A stretch of DNA of 64,000 bases, from NCBI GenBank assembly GCA_964630525.1, contig CAZVUY010000001.1, positions 44,883 through 108,882 on the forward strand, in the 5' to 3' direction. Under the pieces are notes generated by a model. It saw nothing but the letters and a program-made list of their open reading frames with translations. It had not been told where the DNA came from and searched no databases. Below are positions 10,150 to 20,201 of this stretch, piece after piece (the first letter of the stretch is position 1; each line of letters starts with the position of its first letter). The DNA is from an uncultured Candidatus Saccharibacteria bacterium. Lineage in GTDB: Bacteria; Patescibacteriota; Minisyncoccia; Phycocordibacterales; WO2-35-19. Position numbers and translations under genes: made by a program.

Positions 10150-11049
10150 CTAGACGAGCAAATCCTTAAATTTGGCGACCAATTTGTCGATTTTGGGGGC
10201 GATCACCAGCTGGCAGTAGGCCGCTTCAGGGTGATTTTTGAAATAGTCTTTATGGTAGTCTTCCGCTTGGTAAAACTTGGGCAAGAGCTTGATTTCGGTC
10301 ACGATCGGTTTGTCGAAATAGTGCTCCGCTTCAAGCTTTTTTATAAAATTTTCAGCTACCTCCTTTTGGGTCTCATTCGTATAGAAGATAACGGAACGGT
10401 ACTGAGTGCCCACATCCGCCCCTTGGCGATTGAGAGTGGTCGGGTCATGCACCGCAAAGAAAACATGGAGTAAAATTTCAAAAGAAATTTGACTCGAATC
10501 ATATTCAATCTCAATCACTTCGGCGTGGCCGGTTTGGCTAGTCGACACTTCTTCATAAGTTGGGTTTTCTTTCTCGCCCCCAGCGTAGCCCGGCAACACT
10601 CGCAAAACTCCTCTTAAATTCTGAAAAGTGGCTTCCGTACACCAGAAACAGCCGCCACCAAAATACACTTTTTCTACAAAATTCCTGCTATCTTTGGCGA
10701 CAAACTCCATTGAAATAGAATTGACACAATGTCTCACGTTTTTCTGAGTCAATTGTTCACCCTCAAAGACATGGCCCAGATGGGCGCCACATCTTTCACA
10801 AGTGATTTCCGTCCTCACTCCATCTTTATCCAACACCCTTTTCACTGCCCCCGGCACCTCGGCATCAAAACTTGGCCAGCCACAATGCGCGTCAAACTTG
10901 TCCTCCGATCGATAGAGTGGCGCACTACATCTTCGACATAAATAAACTCCTTCTTCATTGAACTCATCATACTTGCCCGAAAACGGCGCCTCCGTCCCTT
11001 TCTCCTCGATCACCTTTTTCTCTTCCTCAGTTAATTGATTGATTTGCAT
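10150..11049 (-). CDS. msrAB: Bifunctional methionine sulfoxide reductase, MsrB-MsrA fusion
   Basis: MsrB GTE.PF, CGWPSF, HLGHVF, RHCVNS; MsrA GGCFWC, GTQYRS, AEDYH. Confidence 0.95.
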   Translation of the reverse strand: MQINQLTEEEKKVIEEKGTEAPFSGKYDEFNEEGVYLCRRCSAPLYRSEDKFDAHCGWPSFDAEVPGAVKRVLDKDGVRTEITCERCGAHLGHVFEGEQLTQKNVRHCVNSISMEFVAKDSRNFVEKVYFGGGCFWCTEATFQNLRGVLRVLPGYAGGEKENPTYEEVSTSQTGHAEVIEIEYDSSQISFEILLHVFFAVHDPTTLNRQGADVGTQYRSVIFYTNETQKEVAENFIKKLEAEHYFDKPIVTEIKLLPKFYQAEDYHKDYFKNHPEAAYCQLVIAPKIDKLVAKFKDLLV

Positions 11050-11058
11050 GTGTATTAT

Positions 11059-11646
11059 TTATCTCGACTCCCCTTCGAAATCTTTGACCCATTCGCCGAG
11101 CTCCATATTTTTGGTGTCGAGATGAATCCAAACACTTTTGCCCACCGAAGGAGGGGTAGCGAAGCTTTCTCCCGGCTGGCGCTCTGCAAAGTTGGCCACT
11201 GCTCGGCCGTCTGTAATACTTATATTTTGAGGTGCTATCCGATCGCCCAGAAACATGGCACCAGTCCCTTTGTAACCCCGACCATCCCTAACCGCCGCCA
11301 CTACGTAAAAGAAGGTACCGCTCCCCGAAGATTGTTGGGTCAGAAACATCACTGCATCTTGGTCTCCATCTTTATCCAAATCAGCGTAGACCGGCTCACT
11401 AAAAACCATTACCACTTCTTTTGAAGCAGAACCGGGCGCTATTTCTTTTTCTATCTTGCCATTTACCAATTGGTAATCCTGCCCAGCGATTTTGTAAGTT
11501 AGGTTCAAGGGATCATTGACCTCCACCAGTTCCCCTTTTGACTCAAGTATAAAATTCACTAGCCGATCAACCCAAAACTTTTGAGTGAAAATGAGTCCGA
11601 GACCGATGACAATAAGAACCAGAAGAATAATTTGGATTTTTTTCAT
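11059..11646 (-). CDS. Hypothetical membrane-anchored protein
   Basis: N-terminal TM helix; DLDKDGDQDA loop and SGSGTFFY; TATAAT 6 nt before the ATG. Confidence 0.7.
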   Translation of the reverse strand: MKKIQIILLVLIVIGLGLIFTQKFWVDRLVNFILESKGELVEVNDPLNLTYKIAGQDYQLVNGKIEKEIAPGSASKEVVMVFSEPVYADLDKDGDQDAVMFLTQQSSGSGTFFYVVAAVRDGRGYKGTGAMFLGDRIAPQNISITDGRAVANFAERQPGESFATPPSVGKSVWIHLDTKNMELGEWVKDFEGESR

Positions 11647-11667
11647 AGATTCATTATATAACAAAAA

Positions 11668-11700
11668 CTTGCCGTGGTTTCGCAAGCGAAACCACGGCAG
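11668..11700 (-). terminator. Intrinsic terminator-like hairpin
   Basis: TGCCGTGGTTTCGC AA GCGAAACCACGGCA with a T-run on the minus strand. Confidence 0.65.
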
Positions 11701-11706
11701 TTGACA

Positions 11707-12018
11707 TCATTTCCTTGGGCGCCCTCGTCGAAGAAGCGAGGCACAGAGCCGGGACTCAATTCCCAGTATTTTTTCTCGAACGGTCACAAGGGGCGTATTC
11801 CTCTCTCGTTTGAGAACCTTTACCACCGAAAAAGGCCCAGCAGACCAAGCACTTAGACCAAATTCCGAGCCAATCATCCATCCACCGATCCCCTTCCGAG
11901 TCCAAACGGTTTCCCCGGGCCTCAGATTCCGGGGATAAGGAATCCGCTCGATCCTGGCTTCCCAAGCTTTTTTGCTGATTTTAGGCAAAACTTTCTCCTT
12001 CCGCCTGAGAATATACAA
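11707..12018 (-). CDS. Hypothetical protein (start uncertain)
   Basis: 103-aa ORF followed by a terminator; no recognised motif. Confidence 0.4.
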   Translation of the reverse strand: MYILRRKEKVLPKISKKAWEARIERIPYPRNLRPGETVWTRKGIGGWMIGSEFGLSAWSAGPFSVVKVLKRERNTPLVTVREKILGIESRLCASLLRRGRPRK

Positions 12019-12062
12019 TCATGTAGAGCTTTAGTCAATAGGACTAAATCATAAGACATTTC

Positions 12063-12476
12063 CTACCACGCCCCGAGAATAAAACCGAAAATAATGAAAA
12101 GTACGAGGTTGTAACCAGCTTGAATCAAAAAGCGGGCCCAAGAAACTTTGGCCGAATCATTGTTCCACATACTTCCAGCAGCAATGGTCGGCATTATAAA
12201 TGCAGCCCATATCCAAAGAGCATTTTCAATACCACTCGCCCCTTGCCAACCTTTGATGTAATACGCGAGCACCCACGCCTGAAAAAGAGCGAGGACGAAT
12301 TGGGTCAAATAAAGTTTCCCCACCCCCTTCTGCATTTCTCTCCTCCTTTCCAAATCAAGCTCGGTTGCACCGATCACCTCCAGCCACTTTTTACCAAAAA
12401 GCGGTCCGTACCACACGTAGCCGAGCACCATAGCCAGCACCCCACACACCACCACCGCCAAATAATTTATCTCCAT
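12063..12476 (-). CDS. DUF1761 family membrane protein
   Basis: INYLAVVV...LGYVWYGPLFGKKW; four TM segments. Confidence 0.8.
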   Translation of the reverse strand: MEINYLAVVVCGVLAMVLGYVWYGPLFGKKWLEVIGATELDLERRREMQKGVGKLYLTQFVLALFQAWVLAYYIKGWQGASGIENALWIWAAFIMPTIAAGSMWNNDSAKVSWARFLIQAGYNLVLFIIFGFILGAW

Positions 12477-12632
12477 GTTTGATTTATTTAAAAATTATTA
12501 AAAACCCTAGTCTTAATCTTAACAAACAAATCATAGCAAGGTAATTAAGGATTAAATTTTTCGATCATCTTTTAACACCTTTTCCTTGACTATACTTAAA
12601 CAAATAGAATACCCTAAAGATAGGTGCTATTT

Positions 12633-13139
12633 ATGACCAAACTAGTAATTTCCGTGGCACGACCGGCAACAGTGGTGTTCGTAGCCAAAATTCTGGAGGG
12701 GATTCTTGAGTCGAAACAGCATGCTGTAACTCGAGACATCTTCGGTCTACGGCGAGACATCCCCTACGTAGCAGGGGTACTTGCCGATTCAATGTTGCCA
12801 ATAACCAGGCATGATTTCTGGGAATTGCGCTCGCTTTTAGAGGCCAGACAATTTTTCGTTGACAAACTGAATGGCCCAAGAAGTGCATTTGAGGCCAAGC
12901 ACGAGGCAGATCAGTTGCTTCTACTTCTAAGTAGCCGACCAACAAGGATCAGATGGGGGGGAATCCCTGAATATGAAGTCAGGGAATTGCAACAAATCGG
13001 TAGTACCTTGTATGGTGTAGCCGCTGAACTTTCAGTGGAACCGGAAAAGGAGGATTTAACTGCAATGTCTCTCGATTTTGATCCTTGGATTGAAGTGCTC
13101 TCCGACCTCAACAGGTCTCGACCAATCATAACGATCTAA
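12633..13139 (+). CDS. Hypothetical protein
   Basis: ORF with upstream TTGACT-17-TAGAAT promoter-like site and a downstream hairpin. Confidence 0.55.
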   Translation: MTKLVISVARPATVVFVAKILEGILESKQHAVTRDIFGLRRDIPYVAGVLADSMLPITRHDFWELRSLLEARQFFVDKLNGPRSAFEAKHEADQLLLLLSSRPTRIRWGGIPEYEVRELQQIGSTLYGVAAELSVEPEKEDLTAMSLDFDPWIEVLSDLNRSRPIITI

Positions 13140-13146
13140 GCCGAGG

Positions 13147-13177
13147 GCTCCGCACAACAGTGCGGAGCCAGTTTTTG
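13147..13177 (+). terminator. Intrinsic terminator between convergent genes
   Basis: GGCTCCGCAC AACA GTGCGGAGCC AGTTTTT. Confidence 0.7.
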
Positions 13178-13185
13178 TAACTTCA

Positions 13186-13704
13186 CTAAACCATTCTTCC
13201 ATCATACGCCCAGTGGAGGAGGGCTTGGCGTTGGGTGGGGCGACAGGAGAGGTCGCCTGCGCGGCAATTTTTGGCCACTTGAGCCAAATGTCGCCTGGTC
13301 GCCAGCCACCTCTTTATCTGCCTCTCATCATCCTCGCTTCGACGACCCAAGTAGTAGCGGCAGTACCACTCGAACCAGCCATGCGGGTCTTGTTTGTTTA
13401 TCCAACCCTTCTTCTGCCAAACAGAGAGCGGTTGGCTAGCTCCTACTTTGAAAAAATTGAGTTCGTCGTGCTTCTTCCCATCTTTAGAAAGCTTAGCTCC
13501 TTTAAACCAATCCTTTGGCAAATCTTTGGGGATCAACCCTTTGACCCCGATGAAGTAAGCTCCACCAAAGACCCCAATCTTGAGCATCTGTTTGGGCGAG
13601 AGGTCCGGCTTGAACCTTTTGTCAAAATTTTTGCCGATCGGTTCAGTCAAAAAGTATTTGTAATTTTTCTGGAAATTATCGCTATATGTAATCTGCTTTT
13701 TCAT
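13186..13704 (-). CDS. Conserved uncharacterised protein
   Basis: FKPDLSP..ML..GVFGG.YF, DPHGWFEWYCRYYLGRR..DDERQIKRW, RQALLHWAYD. Confidence 0.75.
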   Translation of the reverse strand: MKKQITYSDNFQKNYKYFLTEPIGKNFDKRFKPDLSPKQMLKIGVFGGAYFIGVKGLIPKDLPKDWFKGAKLSKDGKKHDELNFFKVGASQPLSVWQKKGWINKQDPHGWFEWYCRYYLGRRSEDDERQIKRWLATRRHLAQVAKNCRAGDLSCRPTQRQALLHWAYDGRMV

Positions 13705-13705
13705 T

Positions 13706-14149
13706 TTATTTTGCGATCAAATACCAAGCCAAGATTAAAAGTGCTGACCACCAACCCAAGAAGGAGACAATGAAGCTCAGGGTGATCTTGCGTTGCAAAG
13801 AGGTCAGCAATAGCTCAGTCGCCCTACCCTCCCGCTCCTGTTTCAGCAGAAATGGGCTGACCACAAAACTCAAAAAACAACCGTTGAGAATTAAAACCAC
13901 GGCGATAACTAGGTGCCAGAGCGGCGCGCCCGCCAGAACTTCATTACGATAAAAAATAACTCCACCGATCAAAGCGAGGGTGGTGCCGATCCAAATGAGC
14001 GGCTTCGTAACCTTATGGGTGCGTGTCGTTGCTTCGGTCCAATACGCAGATTTGCGCCCCAAAAATCCATGGATATCGATCACCGTCACTGCCCCAAGCC
14101 CAATCACAAACCCGGCGAGCATAATAAAGAGCCCGAAGAAATCTAACAT
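13706..14149 (-). CDS. Hypothetical membrane protein (about 4 TM)
   Basis: Hydrophobic segments; 1 nt from the downstream gene. Confidence 0.7.
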   Translation of the reverse strand: MLDFFGLFIMLAGFVIGLGAVTVIDIHGFLGRKSAYWTEATTRTHKVTKPLIWIGTTLALIGGVIFYRNEVLAGAPLWHLVIAVVLILNGCFLSFVVSPFLLKQEREGRATELLLTSLQRKITLSFIVSFLGWWSALLILAWYLIAK

Positions 14150-14188
14150 GACCTTATTTTACACCCTTACAGAAACACAACAACTTTT

Positions 14189-14224
14189 ATTCGTGTCATT
14201 CGAGACTATTCGTGTATTGGTGTC
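14189..14224 (-). repeat. Solo GxxExxY-type end repeat
   Basis: ATTCGTGTCATTCGAGACTATTCGTGTATTGGTGTC, 5 nt after the argS stop. Confidence 0.8.
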
Positions 14225-14229
14225 GAGTA

Positions 14230-15975
14230 TTACATCCTTTCTGGTACCTTTATACCCAAAAGATGGAGGCCATTTTTGAGAATGTGATAGACCGACTCAG
14301 TGAGTGCCACCTTGTAAGAAGAAGTTGGGTCTTCTTCACTTATTATTTTGTTATTACCATAAAAACTATTGAAAGCTGAGGCGAGTTCGGTGAGATAAGT
14401 GACCAAATGGTGCGGTGCGTACTCCTGCCCAGCCCGCTCGACAATTTCCGGAAAACGATAGAGCATTCTTTCGACTTCAGTCGGTTCCCACTCCGCTAAA
14501 GCTTCGCGGGATAAATCCCAATTTTGAAGTACCTCTTCGCCCCCCTCTCCTAACCTAGGAGAGGGGCTGGGGGTGAGGTTGGCTTTTTCAAGCACAGATT
14601 TTGCCCTTACTGCCGTATATTGTAAGTATGGTCCACTGTCCCCTTCAAAAGAAATCGACTTTTCAAAATCAAAAACAATATCGCCCCCGATCGCTTGTCG
14701 CAGTATCGAATACTTGATCGCACCTATACCAACTTGCTCTGCTATTTTTACTGCCTCTTCTCCATCTATAACTTCTGGTATTCTGCCATTCTGATGCATT
14801 TTTTCTAAAACCCTGTCTTGGATCTGCTGAATCAAACTTCCTGCAGTGATCACGTCCCCTGTTCTTGAAGACATCTTGCCGGTCGGTAGCCGCAACATGC
14901 CGTGAGACAAATGCTTCAACTTACCCTTTAATTCTGCGAAAATCTCTCCAATAGCTACTTCAACAACTTTGAAAAAAGAGTCTTGCTCGTTTGCTGTTAC
15001 TGTTATTGATTGAACGTAGTTGCCAAAACTGCTTATCTTTAATTTAGCCAAACCGAGCTCCTTGGCTTCATAAGTTGGCAAACCATCTTTATTTAAGAAA
15101 ACTCTGGTGTGAGTCTTTGGCTCAAAATTTTCTCCCCGAAAAACAACCGCTCCTTCTGATTCTTCAAAAATTTTTCCTGTATTTTCCTTTACCAACTCCT
15201 GCCCTATCTCCCCCGATTCGCTTTCAAAAAAATGTTTGTCAAAATGACTATCTAATTTTTTATAGGTTGATTCGAAATATTCTAAAGAGGTCTCTCTGCC
15301 GAGGTCATATAGTTGATTTATGTCTTGATCTTCTTTCGTATAGATTTTTTTATTTATATCGGTAGCCACACGACGCATTTCATCACTACTTTCGTACATG
15401 TTAGATCCAGCAGCATAGGCTTTACCCCAAAAAGTAACTTTATCTGAAATCGGAGCTTCGCTAGGAGGTACAAATTTATCTTGGAATGAAGTGACTCCGA
15501 GAATGGCTTTTGCCACATGTAAACCAACATCTCCATGATAGCTACAAGTTTTAACATCAGCATTGTTTGCCTTCAAAATTCTAGCGACTGATTCACCGAC
15601 CGCATTGTTCATCAGGTGGCCAATATGAAATTCCTTGAAAGGGTTTGGTTGGGTATGCTCGATAACAATCTTTTGACCAGCTAGCAATTTTGTCTCTCCA
15701 AATTGTTCACCCTGATCATTGATCTCCTTTATCGATTCAGCAAAAAATTGTTTGGAAAGTAAAAGATTGATGAATCTTGGAGGAGCAAATTCTATAGCTT
15801 CAATTTCTGCAATCTTGGTGGCCTTCAATTTTTCAAAATTAGCCTCGGCGTCTGAACCATTTATGATCAAAGTATAGTCTCCATTTTCAAGCTCTTTTGG
15901 GTGCACCAAAACCAGACCCTCTAATTCCAGCGTCTCCTTCACCCACTTTTCAATTTTTCCTTTTATTCGTGTCAT
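14230..15975 (-). CDS. argS: Arginine--tRNA ligase
   Basis: HIGH motif (PNPFKEFHIGH), KMSSRTG, SFEGDSGPYLQY, LGIKVPERM. Confidence 0.97.
   Translation of the reverse strand: MTRIKGKIEKWVKETLELEGLVLVHPKELENGDYTLIINGSDAEANFEKLKATKIAEIEAIEFAPPRFINLLLSKQFFAESIKEINDQGEQFGETKLLAGQKIVIEHTQPNPFKEFHIGHLMNNAVGESVARILKANNADVKTCSYHGDVGLHVAKAILGVTSFQDKFVPPSEAPISDKVTFWGKAYAAGSNMYESSDEMRRVATDINKKIYTKEDQDINQLYDLGRETSLEYFESTYKKLDSHFDKHFFESESGEIGQELVKENTGKIFEESEGAVVFRGENFEPKTHTRVFLNKDGLPTYEAKELGLAKLKISSFGNYVQSITVTANEQDSFFKVVEVAIGEIFAELKGKLKHLSHGMLRLPTGKMSSRTGDVITAGSLIQQIQDRVLEKMHQNGRIPEVIDGEEAVKIAEQVGIGAIKYSILRQAIGGDIVFDFEKSISFEGDSGPYLQYTAVRAKSVLEKANLTPSPSPRLGEGGEEVLQNWDLSREALAEWEPTEVERMLYRFPEIVERAGQEYAPHHLVTYLTELASAFNSFYGNNKIISEEDPTSSYKVALTESVYHILKNGLHLLGIKVPERM
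14542..14578 (-). repeat. CCTCACCCC...CCCTCTCC/GGAGAGGG palindromic repeat inserted in-frame in argS
   Basis: CCCCTCTCCT AACCT AGGAGAGGGG CTGGGGGTGAGG; encodes LTPSPSPRLGEG. Confidence 0.75.
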
Positions 15976-16001
15976 TCGTTTCCAATTCGTGTATTAGTGT
16001 C
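15965..16001 (-). repeat. Solo GxxExxY-type end repeat overlapping the argS start codon
   Basis: ATTCGTGTCATTCGTTTCCAATTCGTGTATTAGTGTC; supplies ATG ACA CGA ATA. Confidence 0.8.
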
Positions 16002-16096
16002 GTGTACTATTTATACCACTTCCGGTATCAAAAAAGAAAGTTATATCTGAACCTCATCAAAAGTGGCCGCTCGGAAATACACGAGCGGCCACAAGT

Positions 16097-16708
16097 CTAT
16101 TTTCCATAGAAACCCGCTAGCCCGTCTCTAGCCACTTTCCGGTTTGATTCAAGAGCATCACTTACAACGTCACCAAGCTCTTTGTTGCCCATGATTCCTT
16201 GCAGAAAATACAAGGCTTCTCTTCTGCCAGAAATACCGAGAGCTTGTACGGCCGCTCGAGCAACATAAAGCTGATGATTGCCCCCGACCATTGTTGGAGA
16301 GTTCCAAGAAAGAAAACCCGGCCGATCTCTTGATTCCACCAGTTTTTTGAGAAAATCCATCGGCTTATCACCGCCCTTGTTGGCCAAAAAGCCGAGAGCC
16401 TGCACGGCCGCGAATTTTGCGTCCCACTGGTGTTCAGTTATACGACCGTTACCTTGGGTAATAATACCAACGATCAAACCCGCCTGCTTTTCGTCACCGA
16501 TGATTCCAATCATTGACACCGCATTAGCCCAACACTTCTGCTTAGAAGCATCGTTCACAATAGCGATCAATTTTGCCATTGGATCTGGATTTTTAGGCAG
16601 AGCCGCAACCAAAGTATACGGCACGCCATGAATAAACGTTGCGCAAGCAATTTCTTCCACCGTACTGCCACCCAGTAAGGTTGGCAAAAGAGCTAGAGCT
16701 AGCTTCAT
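16097..16708 (-). CDS. Hypothetical exported protein with HEAT-like repeats
   Basis: Signal-like N-terminus; AAVQALG occurs twice; AGGAGG SD; GTGGCCGCTCG/CGAGCGGCCAC hairpin downstream. Confidence 0.65.
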   Translation of the reverse strand: MKLALALLPTLLGGSTVEEIACATFIHGVPYTLVAALPKNPDPMAKLIAIVNDASKQKCWANAVSMIGIIGDEKQAGLIVGIITQGNGRITEHQWDAKFAAVQALGFLANKGGDKPMDFLKKLVESRDRPGFLSWNSPTMVGGNHQLYVARAAVQALGISGRREALYFLQGIMGNKELGDVVSDALESNRKVARDGLAGFYGK

Positions 16709-16741
16709 ACTAAGCCTCCTACTTTTTATAATACCATAAAC

Positions 16742-17299
16742 CTAAATTTTGCTTAACTTCCTGAAGAGTCTATACGCGGTCATGGCGCCATTCAGTGCAT
16801 TGTGTGGTTCGGGTTCGGGTGGGACGTCAAAGAGCCGACAAGCGGTTTTTAAACTAAAACTACTTTCATTTTTCAAACCTTTAGCCCAAGCGATCGAGAG
16901 TAGGTCCAGACGGTCGTGATTTTCAAAAGTATTCATCGGATTTGGAATTCCGGTTTTTAAGAAAGCATGATTAATAAAACCCCAATCGAAGGTGGCGTTG
17001 TAAGCACAAAACACTCCACCTCCGGCTCGTTCCTTATACTCCCGTACTGCTTCCTCCAAACTCACAGCCTCTTCCCAATCTTTTTCGTTATAACCGTTAT
17101 AATCTAGCGCGGCCTGTTTAGCATTTTCAATATTAGTGGGTTTTACTTTTCGATTGTAACTATCGATGATTTCAAAAGTTTCTGGGTCGAATAAAACAAG
17201 ACCAATTTCAAGTATTTCATGGACACCAAAAATATCACCGCTTGTCTCCAAATCCGTCATTGCAATTTTTCTTTTACCTTTGTTCATTTTATTTTCCAT
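16742..17299 (-). CDS. DEDDh 3'-5' exonuclease (DnaQ-like)
   Basis: TDLETSG, EILEIG, AYNATFD, HNALNGA (the last Asp is replaced by Gly). Confidence 0.85.
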   Translation of the reverse strand: MENKMNKGKRKIAMTDLETSGDIFGVHEILEIGLVLFDPETFEIIDSYNRKVKPTNIENAKQAALDYNGYNEKDWEEAVSLEEAVREYKERAGGGVFCAYNATFDWGFINHAFLKTGIPNPMNTFENHDRLDLLSIAWAKGLKNESSFSLKTACRLFDVPPEPEPHNALNGAMTAYRLFRKLSKI

Positions 17300-17546
17300 A
17301 AAGTTGGTGATGAGTACCTATATGTATAAATATTGCAATTTCTCCTTCCATATAATATATGGTTCTGTAATCTCCCGTAATATTTATACTCCTACACCCA
17401 TCATACTTACCACCCAATGTGTGGTTGTTTAAAATAGGATCAAATGGATTTTCAAGAAAAATATTCCTCTTGATTTTGAAAAGTTTTTTTACCTTCTGCG
17501 GTAATTTATTGTAGTCTTTATTAAAACTACTGTGCAGAATAATCAT
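17289..17546 (-). CDS. Type II TA toxin, RelE/YafQ family
   Basis: FNKDYNKL, LNNH.L.G, RSINITGDYR, IGTHHQLY. Confidence 0.88.
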   Translation of the reverse strand: MIILHSSFNKDYNKLPQKVKKLFKIKRNIFLENPFDPILNNHTLGGKYDGCRSINITGDYRTIYYMEGEIAIFIHIGTHHQLYGK

Positions 17547-17818
17547 AGACTATCGAGATATCGATCCATTTCTGTCGCAGTTTTAAAAAGCGGGGAGAGA
17601 TTTTTTCCTTGCTTAATATCTTTTAGGGCTTTATCTAAAATTTTTGCAGTTTTAGCGTTAGGTAGAAGAGGAGCATTTACGGTAATGGATCTTTCTGAAA
17701 CAAATTTCCTTAATGCACTATTTACCACCAAACTCAAAGGAATACCAGCTTCTTTGGCTGTTTTTTGAGCTTCTTTTTTGAGCTTTGCATCTGTTTTTAT
17801 ATTCAATACCGTTTTCAT
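17543..17818 (-). CDS. Type II TA antitoxin, RelB/DinJ family
   Basis: RHH N-terminus KTVLNIKTD..LKKEA...GIPLS.VV; PNAKT; overlaps the toxin start. Confidence 0.85.
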   Translation of the reverse strand: MKTVLNIKTDAKLKKEAQKTAKEAGIPLSLVVNSALRKFVSERSITVNAPLLPNAKTAKILDKALKDIKQGKNLSPLFKTATEMDRYLDSL

Positions 17819-17857
17819 ACCCAAAGTATATACAACGGTTAAGTAGTAGTCAATCGG

Positions 17858-18280
17858 TCATTTCCCCGTACTCCCAAACCCACCTTCCCCTCTCTCTGTT
17901 TCTGAAAGCTTGTCTGTTTCAACAATTTCCATATGTTCCACTTTTTGCACTAACATCTGCATCACTTTGTGGCCTTTTTCAAAAGTGTAAGTATCTTTGC
18001 CGAGGTTTATAACAGCCATCACCAGCTCTCCACGAAAACTTGAGTCGATCACTCCCGCCAAAACTTTGATACCATGCTTCATCGAGAGCCCGCTCTTGTC
18101 CCAACAGAGCCCAACATAACCTTCCGGTATTTCCATCGCCACTCCGCTTCTGATCCTCACCACTTCACCTGGCTTCACCTCAACCTCTTCGAGTGCAAAC
18201 AAGTCCATCCCCGCATCTCCCTCTGTCGCATATTTTGGAAGCTTGGCCTCCGGGTGTAATTTTTTAACCTTTAGCTGCAT
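17858..18280 (-). CDS. dut: dUTP diphosphatase
   Basis: AGMDL, KSGL, GVIDSSFRGE, RGEGGFGSTG. Confidence 0.96.
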   Translation of the reverse strand: MQLKVKKLHPEAKLPKYATEGDAGMDLFALEEVEVKPGEVVRIRSGVAMEIPEGYVGLCWDKSGLSMKHGIKVLAGVIDSSFRGELVMAVINLGKDTYTFEKGHKVMQMLVQKVEHMEIVETDKLSETERGEGGFGSTGK

Positions 18281-18282
18281 CT

Positions 18283-19482
18283 TTATTTTTTACCGCGCAA
18301 CACTTTATCAATCTTCCTGGCAATCGCTACAAAATCTTTTTCTTTTTTGCCCCGAGTCGTCTCGGCTGCACTACCAAGTCTTATACCTGATGGATCCATC
18401 GGACTACGAGTTTCGTTTGGAATTGTATTTTTGTTGACTATAATCCCCGCCTTTTCGAGCTTATCGCTCGCCTCTTTCCCTGAAATCCCCTCCCCACCCA
18501 TCCATGTATCTACCAAAATCAAGTGAGTGTCGGTACCTCCTGAAATAACTCTCCACCCCAATTTTGAAAGTTCATCAGAAAGAGCTTTGGCGTTTTTGAT
18601 CACCTGCTTTGCATATTTTTGAAATGCAGGAGAAGCAGCTTCCTTGAGAGCCACCGCCACCGCCGCGATCTGGTTGAGGTGTGGGCCACCTTGGAGCCCA
18701 GGGAAAACGGCTTTGTCTATGAGCTCTGAAATATTTTTATCTTCTCCTTTGGCATTTTTAATCGTCACATCATTCCTCGAAAAAATCATGGCCGAACGTG
18801 GGCCCCTGAGCGTCTTGTGTACGGTAGTCGTCACCACATGAGCGCAAGCAAAAGGAGATGGGTAGGCCTTGCCCGCCACCAGCCCGGCAAAATGCGACAT
18901 GTCGACCATAAGTATCGCCCCCACTTTATCGGCAATTTCTCTAAACTTTTTAAAATCTACAATTCGCGGATAAGCAGTAAAGCCAGCGACAATAATGCTC
19001 GGTTTTTCTCTTCTGGCAATCTCTCTCACTTCTTCGTAGTCGATTTGCTCTGTCTCTTTATTTACTCCATATGCTACCTGCTCCCAAAATTTACCAGTAG
19101 CGGAAACTTTGTGTCCATGAGTGAGGTGACCACCATGATCGAGCGACATCCCCATGATCTTGCCGCCTTTTGGCACAAGGGCTAAGTACACAGCAAGATT
19201 TGCTGGACTCCCCGAAAGCGGCTGCACGTTGACAGACCATTTTGAAGTAAGCCCGAAAAGTTTGAGAGCTCTCTCTTTGGCCAAGTTTTCAATTTTGTCT
19301 ACAAACTCATTACCGCCGTAATACCGCAGTTTAGAATACCCTTCTGCGTATTTGTTGGTCAGCTCGCTCCCCAAGGCCGCGAGCACATCTTTAGAAACAT
19401 AGTTCTCAGAAGCAATCAGGTTTATAACGCTCTTCTGCCTCTTCTTCTCACTCTCAATTAATTTTTTTATTTGTATATCCAT
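18283..19482 (-). CDS. glyA: Serine hydroxymethyltransferase
   Basis: LIASENY, NKYAEGY, GGHLTHG, TTTVHKTLRGPR, FPGLQGGP. Confidence 0.97.
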   Translation of the reverse strand: MDIQIKKLIESEKKRQKSVINLIASENYVSKDVLAALGSELTNKYAEGYSKLRYYGGNEFVDKIENLAKERALKLFGLTSKWSVNVQPLSGSPANLAVYLALVPKGGKIMGMSLDHGGHLTHGHKVSATGKFWEQVAYGVNKETEQIDYEEVREIARREKPSIIVAGFTAYPRIVDFKKFREIADKVGAILMVDMSHFAGLVAGKAYPSPFACAHVVTTTVHKTLRGPRSAMIFSRNDVTIKNAKGEDKNISELIDKAVFPGLQGGPHLNQIAAVAVALKEAASPAFQKYAKQVIKNAKALSDELSKLGWRVISGGTDTHLILVDTWMGGEGISGKEASDKLEKAGIIVNKNTIPNETRSPMDPSGIRLGSAAETTRGKKEKDFVAIARKIDKVLRGKK

Positions 19483-19536
19483 AAGAAAATAGTTATTTGG
19501 TAATATTCGGTTCTGCTAAACTTATATCATCTGATT

Positions 19537-20154
19537 TTATTTACTTACTAATTTTTTGACGTGCATATAAACATCTGTGTAAACACTTTCTTTATCTTTA
19601 GAGGCGTCAACTTTGTAGCATTTTACTTTCTTAAAAAAAGACTCGTACCCATCAAAAACTCTTTGGTGATATTTTCGGGTTTGATTATCAAAATGATTAT
19701 TTCCGTCTCTATTCTTACTACGACTTCGAGCAATTTCTGGAGTTATTCGTAAATAAATATAATTGACACTTAATTCAGCTAGTATATTTTTTCTTAAAAA
19801 CCAAAAAATCTTTTCAAGATTTAAGTTTTGTTGTCCAAACAGTTGAAAAGAAAAAGTTGATGTATCAAACCTATCAGAAACAACATTTACTCCTTTTTTT
19901 AAACTCGGAATTATGAGCTCCTGCACATGAGACGCTCTTGAAGATACAAATCCAAGTAACATTGGTAGTGGTGGCACATTTTTTGACTTGGAATCAAGCA
20001 ACACATTTCTTACCATTTCACCAAACACTGTTCCTCCGGGTTCCCTAGTATATAAAAAACTGGAAAAATCTTTTTTTAAACGGTTTATAACTTCTGTTTT
20101 TCCAGATCCATCTAAACCCTCTATCACTATAAACCTGGCCTTTCCTTTACTCAT
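19537..20154 (-). CDS. tmk: Thymidylate kinase
   Basis: FIVIEGLDGSGKT, TREPGGT, VSDRF. Confidence 0.93.
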   Translation of the reverse strand: MSKGKARFIVIEGLDGSGKTEVINRLKKDFSSFLYTREPGGTVFGEMVRNVLLDSKSKNVPPLPMLLGFVSSRASHVQELIIPSLKKGVNVVSDRFDTSTFSFQLFGQQNLNLEKIFWFLRKNILAELSVNYIYLRITPEIARSRSKNRDGNNHFDNQTRKYHQRVFDGYESFFKKVKCYKVDASKDKESVYTDVYMHVKKLVSK

Positions 20155-20201
20155 ATCCACTATGCTATCATACAACTAAATTTATTTTTAACCCAAGACC
20201 A

